This document shows, piece after piece, positions 57,952 to 64,000 of a stretch of 64,000 nucleotides of DNA. The first letter of the stretch is position 1, and each line of letters begins with the position of its first letter. The notes beneath the pieces were generated by a model, which searched no databases, had not been told where the DNA came from, and was given only the letters and a program-made list of their open reading frames with translations. Source of the stretch: an uncultured Bacillota bacterium (GTDB lineage: Bacteria; Bacillota_I; Bacilli_A; RFN20; CAG-826); assembly GCA_949289845.1 (NCBI GenBank), contig CASEPN010000001.1, positions 528,316-592,315 on the forward strand, written 5' to 3'. Both the position numbers and the translations under genes were made by a program.

Positions 57952-60861
57952 CTAGTTCGCCGGAGCGGCCTCGAGGAAGGAGGCGATGAGCGCGTCCTTC
58001 GCCTCGGTCTTCTCCGCGGGGATGGGATCCCCGATGTCGAGAAGTTCAAGAGAGCCGGGAACATTCATCGTGGCCATTACGTTGGCGGTGAAATCCACCT
58101 TCGAGAGGTAGCCTTCTTCATTCAAGGTGAGCGTCGCGTTCAGGTCGCCGAAGGAGAAGGACTGCCCAAGGAATTTCATCTTCATCATAAGGAGCGGCTC
58201 GATGGCGGCGGTAAGGGAGTAGGCATTGGCCTCGCTGTCGTAAGAGAAACCTTTGAGGAGGGTGTCGTAGTAGGCAGGGTGATCGGTGATCGGGGAAATC
58301 ATCGACGAGAAGGAAGAGTCCATGTCCAGGATGCTCATGACGATTGTCATGGCGTCCGCTGAGAATTCCTCGAAGGTCCAAGACTCCTTCGTCGTGGTAG
58401 TGCTCCCGGACTTGGTGGTGGCCTTCTCCATGTAGATGCCAGTCGAGTCGATCGCAAGCTTCTCGGCGACCTCGCTATCCGTCGTGCCAACAAAAGCCTT
58501 CTTATGAACAATCGCGATATCCGCATAGAGGCTCGGATCTGAAGGATCAGAAGAGTCGACGTAGAGGTCGGCGGTGACCGATTGGTTAATGACAAGGAGG
58601 TTCATGTCGAGGGTGAGCCTCAAGTGATGGGCGTCAAGCTGGGCGTCCTTGGCAAGGGCGTCCACGAGCCCGCCCATGGGGCTGAGGTCGATGTAGGAGT
58701 CCTTCGCCTCGAGGTAGTCGGTCTGATAGGGAAGATCCCCATCGAAGGAAGACAGGGTGAAGACGATGTCCTCGAGGGCGATCGAGGAGATCTGGCCGTT
58801 CTCGTCCTGGTTCACGACGATCTCGAGGTCGTCGCTGGCGATGGAGGAGCCGACGAGGGTGAAGGAAAGGCCGCTTTCGGTATTCTTCGCCTCCTTCACG
58901 AAGTCGAGCGCGAGGAGAGGCTCGTAGTTCCCCTCGCCGGCCTTCTTGATCGCGGACAGGAGGGCGATGTTCTCGAGGGAATTCTCAAGAAGCGGGAGGA
59001 AGCGGGAGTCCTCGCCAAGGAGCGAGGTAACCGTCTCGCCCATCGAGGAGATGGCGTCCGTCCCGATCGCGCCCTTGAGATGGCTCTCGGACTCGTCGGT
59101 GTTGTTCCCGAGGACGTCGTAGTCGACGGCGAGGACGCCCTCGCCCATGATCCCGGTCTCGCTATCCATCGCGCCGGGGATGTAGTCGGCGAGGATCTTG
59201 TGCTCCACGGGGAGCGGGATCCCTTCCGTCCCGTCCTCGGAGACGGGAACGAAGGTTTCCTTGTAGTCGAGTGCGAGGGAGGCGGAGCCCGCGACTCCGT
59301 CCGCGTAGACCTTGCCCTCGAGGGTCTCCGGCTCCTCCGGGGTCCCGAGGTCGGCGGAGACGCCGATGAGGGCGCGCCCGCCTTCGACAAGGCTCGAGAA
59401 CTGGGTGTAGACGCTCGGGAGGCCCGTCACCTCCGCATACCCCGTCCCGTCGAAGGAAATCTCCTCGTAGGGAAGGAGGTCGAGGGTGAAGCCGAGCCTC
59501 GCCCCGTAGTAGGGCCACTCGAGGCCGTCCACGTCGAGGGAAAGGATGCGGTCGCTTGCGAGGGTCACCGTCATCGCCGCCTCGTCCCCGACGCTGAAGG
59601 AGGAAAGGTCGAAGTCGACCTCGATCCTCCCGTTCCCCTGGCGGATCCCGGTGGCGAGGTCGAGGAGGACGGAGTAGTCCCCCATGAGGAGGGAGGAGAT
59701 GGCCTCGCTCCCGAGGATGATGTCCATGAGGTCCTGGAGGAGCCCCTCCTCAAGCGGGAAGTCCTCCATAAGGAGGGCGGTGAACTCGTCGAGCTCCTCC
59801 TGCGGGAAGCTGAGCTTCAGGGAGTCGCTGTAGTTGAGGTAGGCTTTCTCCTTCTCGGAGCGGATCCTGACGGACTTCGCCGTCTCCGTTCCTTCCGCCT
59901 GGAAGGAAATGGTCGCGTCCATAAGGGAATTCGCCCTGTCGATCGACCCCTCCGCGGAAAGAAGGAGTCCCGAGCCGGTGCCAATGGAGCCCTTCCCGTC
60001 GATCGCGAACTCGTCGAGGGTGAGGGCGAAGGAAGCCTTCATGTCGTTAGCAAGGGCGAGGATGTCCTCGGCGATCGGGGTGAGGGTGCCAAGGCTCTGG
60101 TAGTCGTCCTTGTCAGAAGGAACGCTGATCTCGGGGCAATCGTCGCTATTGATCTCGCAGCCGTAGGAAAGGCTGACCAGGGCATTCCCGGCGTAGAAGT
60201 TCCCCTGGACCTGGGTGAGATTCATGTCCTGGTCCGTGCCAAGGTCGAGGGTGAGGCCGCCTTCGCCACCGATAGTGAGGTAGAAGGCATGGGCGTACTG
60301 GCTTGTGGGGTGCTCGGTGAGCGAGATCGCCGAGAGGATGTCCTCAGCCCCTCCGACGTCCCCGAAGGAAGGCATTTCCACACCCAGGGCTTCCCCGATG
60401 AGGGTCCCGAGGTCTCCGATCTCATCGATGGTGGAGGAGATCTTCAGCCTGTCCGTACCGGCGTTCGGAAGCCCCGCGGAGAGATAGGCCGTGCCGTCCG
60501 CGTAGGTAAGGTCGAAGGGGACGACGCTGTCGTTCCAATGGAGCTCGCCGGGGAAGGACAGGGAAAGGTCCTCGAGGGTCTCCATCCGGATGGCGAGGTC
60601 CCCGTAGACCTCAACCGTCTGGGGAAGGGCGAGGGCGGAGGAGCCCGGGATCACGGCCTGGAGCTCGAAGGCGCCGAAGATCGACTCCATCGAGAGAAGG
60701 TTCGTCATGAGCTTCTCCTCGTTGGAGACGATGGGCCCCTGGCTGGAGGAAGCCTCGTCCTTGCTGGAGGAGGAGGAGGTAGTGACCTCGTTCCCTCCGC
60801 AGGAAGCAAGAAGGAGGGCTCCGGAGCCGAGGAGCAGGAGAGGAAGTGCTTTCTTGTTCAT
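57952..60861 (-). CDS. Large (969 aa) acidic surface lipoprotein of unknown function
   Basis: It has a lipoprotein signal (MNKKALPLLLLGSGALLLASCGG) and a Ser-rich linker. The ATG is at 60861, with an RBS. A terminator-like hairpin (GCCCGGCGA-GGT-TCGCTGGGC + T-run, minus strand) lies at ~57896-57930. Confidence 0.6.
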   Translation of the reverse strand: MNKKALPLLLLGSGALLLASCGGNEVTTSSSSSKDEASSSQGPIVSNEEKLMTNLLSMESIFGAFELQAVIPGSSALALPQTVEVYGDLAIRMETLEDLSLSFPGELHWNDSVVPFDLTYADGTAYLSAGLPNAGTDRLKISSTIDEIGDLGTLIGEALGVEMPSFGDVGGAEDILSAISLTEHPTSQYAHAFYLTIGGEGGLTLDLGTDQDMNLTQVQGNFYAGNALVSLSYGCEINSDDCPEISVPSDKDDYQSLGTLTPIAEDILALANDMKASFALTLDEFAIDGKGSIGTGSGLLLSAEGSIDRANSLMDATISFQAEGTETAKSVRIRSEKEKAYLNYSDSLKLSFPQEELDEFTALLMEDFPLEEGLLQDLMDIILGSEAISSLLMGDYSVLLDLATGIRQGNGRIEVDFDLSSFSVGDEAAMTVTLASDRILSLDVDGLEWPYYGARLGFTLDLLPYEEISFDGTGYAEVTGLPSVYTQFSSLVEGGRALIGVSADLGTPEEPETLEGKVYADGVAGSASLALDYKETFVPVSEDGTEGIPLPVEHKILADYIPGAMDSETGIMGEGVLAVDYDVLGNNTDESESHLKGAIGTDAISSMGETVTSLLGEDSRFLPLLENSLENIALLSAIKKAGEGNYEPLLALDFVKEAKNTESGLSFTLVGSSIASDDLEIVVNQDENGQISSIALEDIVFTLSSFDGDLPYQTDYLEAKDSYIDLSPMGGLVDALAKDAQLDAHHLRLTLDMNLLVINQSVTADLYVDSSDPSDPSLYADIAIVHKKAFVGTTDSEVAEKLAIDSTGIYMEKATTKSGSTTTTKESWTFEEFSADAMTIVMSILDMDSSFSSMISPITDHPAYYDTLLKGFSYDSEANAYSLTAAIEPLLMMKMKFLGQSFSFGDLNATLTLNEEGYLSKVDFTANVMATMNVPGSLELLDIGDPIPAEKTEAKDALIASFLEAAPAN

Positions 60862-60893
60862 AGTGAAAACCTCCGTAGTTCAAACATTATTTC

Positions 60894-61817
60894 TTAAATA
60901 GAGAGAAGCGTAGGCGCGTTCAGGAGCGGGATGTCGTACTCCTGGCCCACGTGGAAGGTGGTCGTCAGGCTGCTTGTCACGTCGCTGCTGATGATGGAGC
61001 TGAGCTTCGCCTTGTAGCTTTCCTCGGCGACAAGGGAGACGAGGGTGAGGTCCTCGCGAAGCTCGAAGGTCAGGTGGACCCAGTGGAAGTAGGGGTACTC
61101 GGCGAGGTTCGAGATGGTCTTCATCTGGCGGACATAGTTGACGACGGAAGTCGCGGGATCGAGCTCGAGCTCGAGACGGTAGCCGTCCTCAGTCTTCTCG
61201 AAGGAGGTGACCCCGTGCATCTCCCCTTCCTTCTCGCCCATGAGGACGGTCTCGGAATTGATGACGTAGGTCTCGACGCTATGGACGTTCCTTCCCATGC
61301 GCTCGCTATATTCCTCGTTGTCGTAGGTGACCCCTTCTTCCTCGAAGGTCGCCTCCTCGACGTCCTCGCCCACGACGCCTTTGTACTGGACGGTCTCGTC
61401 CCCTTCCTCGTACATGCGCCAGGCGACGTTCACGAAGGAGCTCTTGCTGTTGCTTTCCTCGAAGTAGTTTTCACCCTCGCGGATCTGGGTGGAGAAGATC
61501 TCCTGCTTCACCCCGAAGAGAGCGGTCGCAAATCCTTCTCCCCTCGTGGCGAACCGCTCGTTCCTTTCAAAGAGCCCGTAGGCGACGTTCGCCGCCTCCG
61601 CAGGAGTGAACTCCTCCGTATAGTCGACATTCTTGGAGTCGCCGAGATGCTCATAGGCCTCGAGAAGCTTCCCGCGGTCCATGGCGCCTTCGGATCCGAA
61701 GTCGTATTGACGGGAAGGCTCGAGCGCCCCCGCGATCAAAAGCCCGCCCGTCACCCCGAGGGCGACGACGAGCACGCTGCAAGCGATCGCGATCCCGACT
61801 TTTGTCTTCTTTTGCAT
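60894..61817 (-). CDS. N-terminally membrane-anchored (signal-anchor) extracytoplasmic protein of unknown function
   Basis: The protein begins MQKKTKVGIAIACSVLVVALGVTGGLLIAGA. The ATG at 61817 is preceded by AAGGAGG. The track ORF is extended to 61871. Confidence 0.55.
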   Translation of the reverse strand: MQKKTKVGIAIACSVLVVALGVTGGLLIAGALEPSRQYDFGSEGAMDRGKLLEAYEHLGDSKNVDYTEEFTPAEAANVAYGLFERNERFATRGEGFATALFGVKQEIFSTQIREGENYFEESNSKSSFVNVAWRMYEEGDETVQYKGVVGEDVEEATFEEEGVTYDNEEYSERMGRNVHSVETYVINSETVLMGEKEGEMHGVTSFEKTEDGYRLELELDPATSVVNYVRQMKTISNLAEYPYFHWVHLTFELREDLTLVSLVAEESYKAKLSSIISSDVTSSLTTTFHVGQEYDIPLLNAPTLLSI

Positions 61818-62167
61818 AAATTGGCCTCCTTGGCCGGTTACAAATATAGGAGGGGCGTTCGCGGATGCCATCCATAGGCAGTTCCGGGGGCGTAGATAGG
61901 AGCTCTACGAATTGGAGAATTAAAAAACATACGATTGGGACGTGACTTTTTTGTGCGAAATACCAACCGTTCTTTTCATCTGCAATTCAAATTTCCGGTG
62001 AAATGGAAAGGGAAAGAGGAATTGGGAGACTAGTAGAATCGATAGTCCAGTATTTATGAAGAAAGCGCTCCCATCGCTCTTTTCGCTATACGTTGTCTAG
62101 GGTTGAACTCTCCTGCCTTTCCATCCTCCCCCTTGCCACCTCCGGCAAGACACCTATATTTGCTCCC

Positions 62168-62758
62168 ATGGAAGAAATGGCCAAGATCGTCGGCGCGAAC
62201 CTCGCCGAGCTCCGGAAAAGGAAGAAGCTCACCCAGCAGGAGCTTGCCGAGCAAATCGGCTATAGCGACAAGTCCCTGTCCAAGTGGGAGCTCGGGAACG
62301 CGCTCCCTCACGTTGACGTTTTGAAGAAGATAGGCGACTTCTACGGGGTTTCCGTGGATTTCCTCATCACGGAGAACGCGGCGAAGGAGAAGCGGCGCGA
62401 GATGAAGGACGAGCGCTCGAACATGAACAAGATCGTCATCACCTGCATGGCGGCGACCTTCATCATCCTCTGCGCGATCGTCATCTATCTCTATAACATC
62501 CTCATCGGCGAGGACCAGAACGCCTGGGTCTACTTCCTATGGGCCGCGCCGATCTGCTTCTTCCTGACGGGCTTCATGGACCACCATTTCTGGGGAAGGA
62601 ACCTCGCCTTCTGGATCCTCATGTCCCTCTTCATCTGGACGATGATCCTCGCCGTGTGCATGCACTTCTACGTCTACCAAGGCGAACAGGTGTGGTTCAT
62701 CTTCCTCGTAGGCGTCCCCCTCGAGGTCGGGCTTCTCCTCTTCTCAAGGCTCAAGTGA
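62168..62758 (+). CDS. Membrane-anchored XRE-family HTH regulator (N-terminal HTH, four C-terminal TM helices)
   Basis: The HTH is KKLTQQELAEQIGYSDKSLSKWELGNALPHVDVLKKIGDFYGVSVDFLI. The C-terminus is hydrophobic (IVITCMAATFIILCAIVIYLY...). The ATG is at 62168. Confidence 0.65.
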   Translation: MEEMAKIVGANLAELRKRKKLTQQELAEQIGYSDKSLSKWELGNALPHVDVLKKIGDFYGVSVDFLITENAAKEKRREMKDERSNMNKIVITCMAATFIILCAIVIYLYNILIGEDQNAWVYFLWAAPICFFLTGFMDHHFWGRNLAFWILMSLFIWTMILAVCMHFYVYQGEQVWFIFLVGVPLEVGLLLFSRLK

Positions 62759-64000
62759 GATCCTGTCGTAGAGCCCAAGGTCAAGAAGGGCGTACTCCAC
62801 CTTCCTCCAGGGCCTTTCTTCCATGAGGATCGAGGGCATCCATTCGAGAAGCCTCGTCGAGCGCATCATTTCCTCAACGATCGTCACGGCATCCCCTTCC
62901 CACTTCCCTTCCGTTCTCTCAGGGAAGACCGCGTGCGACCGCAGGACAAGCATCCTCCCGTCCTTTCCCTCGAGGGAGAGGCTCGCGTAAGGAAGGACCG
63001 CGTTTACCGCGTCAAGCTCCTTCTCCAACCCCGGGATCGCTCTGGGATCGAAGCTAGGAGGAAGCTTCTTCCTGAGCGCGTAGGACACCATCGGACAGAA
63101 GTTGGAGGAGGGAAGGAAGAGGATCTCCGCCTGGACGTCGCCTTCGAGGAAGGAGAAGCCGTCCCCGACTCCTTCAAGCTCCTGGAGCCGGTCGTCATAT
63201 TGGTGATAGTCCGCAAGACGTATCCCGACCGCCCTCGTCAGGGCGGTGATCGGTTCTTCGAGCCGCTTGTCCTCGAGGGCGCGCTTGAAAACCCTAAGGG
63301 AGCCCGTGGAGCCCGCCTTCTTCCAGTTGAGGGGGTCGATGAGGTCGTTCCCGTAGCGGTATCCGGCGGACAGGCAGGACCAGAGGGACGCCGCGTGCGC
63401 GAGGAGCGTCCCCAGCCCTTCCTCGGAAATCCCGCGCTTCCCTACCGCGCGGAAAAGGAAGGCATCCGCATCTTTCCAACTAAACCCAGCCTCGGGTTCG
63501 ACGAGCCAGGGATCGTAGGCCTTCCTGAGGAAACCCATGTCGTCCTTGAGGGAAGAAAGGAAAGGCATGACTTCGGAGTCCATCCCGGCGCGGATGAGGA
63601 CGAAGAATGTCGCCTCGACCGCATTGTCGAGCCTTCGCGCGATCTCGAGCCTCCCCCAGAGGAAGTCGGGGTCTTCCCCGTCGGCGACCGTGTACTTCCC
63701 CGGGCCAACCTCGTCGAGGACGAGGCCTTCCTGGAGCGCGGCGATGGTGAGCGCGGACTTCGTCTCCTCGACGTCGCTTTCGACATCTTTTGCGACCTTG
63801 CCTTCGAGGCAGGCCTCGACGAAATCGACCGCGCCGAGCATCCGCGCGAGAGTGAGGCGGAACTTCTCCAATCCTTCCTGGTCCCGGGCGAAGGAGAGTC
63901 TCCCGAGGAGGAAGGGCGAGCCTACCTCGTACTCCAGCTCGAGGAGGTTCGGCGCGCCAGCCTTATAAAGGGCGTCCTGGAGCCTCTCCTGGAGGAGGAA
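62744..64000 (-). CDS. Hypothetical protein, partial (N-terminus beyond the window end)
   Basis: The track ORF 62744..63871 starts at TTG. The frame stays open through 64000 (…FLLQERLQDALYKAGAPNLLELEYEVGSPFLLGRLSFARDQEGLEKF…), so the gene continues beyond the window. Confidence 0.5.
   Translation of the reverse strand, partial: FLLQERLQDALYKAGAPNLLELEYEVGSPFLLGRLSFARDQEGLEKFRLTLARMLGAVDFVEACLEGKVAKDVESDVEETKSALTIAALQEGLVLDEVGPGKYTVADGEDPDFLWGRLEIARRLDNAVEATFFVLIRAGMDSEVMPFLSSLKDDMGFLRKAYDPWLVEPEAGFSWKDADAFLFRAVGKRGISEEGLGTLLAHAASLWSCLSAGYRYGNDLIDPLNWKKAGSTGSLRVFKRALEDKRLEEPITALTRAVGIRLADYHQYDDRLQELEGVGDGFSFLEGDVQAEILFLPSSNFCPMVSYALRKKLPPSFDPRAIPGLEKELDAVNAVLPYASLSLEGKDGRMLVLRSHAVFPERTEGKWEGDAVTIVEEMMRSTRLLEWMPSILMEERPWRKVEYALLDLGLYDRISLEP

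Noticed and set aside
58582-60897. 771-aa plus-strand ORF opposite the large lipoprotein gene
   Set aside because: The minus-strand ORF has a lipoprotein signal peptide, an RBS and a terminator. The plus-strand product is a low-complexity G/E/V/R-rich mirror of it.

Overview
This is a high-GC (~65-70%) bacterial chromosomal segment with Firmicutes/Bacillus-like core gene order. The core genes, in order, are glgB-glgP, ackA, nrnA-like, dnaE-polA-(fpg::coaE fusion), dnaI plus a DnaB/DnaD-like gene, pfkA-pyk-ROK glucokinase, T-box-thrS, infC-rpmI-rplT, mgsA, thiI-cysteine desulfurase-ezrA, and rpsD. Lower-GC accessory islands are interleaved with the core: (1) a defence-like island (DUF2075 ATPase, an intact IS481/ISNCY-like IS element, a low-GC HNH nuclease gene, a GmrSD-like DUF262/DUF1524 nuclease); (2) a secreted HExxH metallopeptidase flanked by two paralogous small secreted proteins, one of which has its lipoprotein signal peptide frameshifted at a (TC)5 tract; (3) a tandemly duplicated peptidase-like/lipoprotein module; (4) a cluster inserted between thrS and infC holding a TM-less VirD4/TraG-like ATPase, a ClpP/TepA-like protease, an ogt gene, a PP2C phosphatase and membrane-protein pair and a HAD hydrolase; (5) a low-GC orphan gene next to two large surface proteins. 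Many long ORFs in the six-frame track are antisense or wrong-frame artefacts typical of high-GC DNA and are listed under noticed_but_rejected. No rRNA, tRNA or CRISPR array was found. Coordinates that I derived by reading the sequence directly (IS ends, repeats, terminators, the small DUF4177 CDS) may be off by 1-2 nt.
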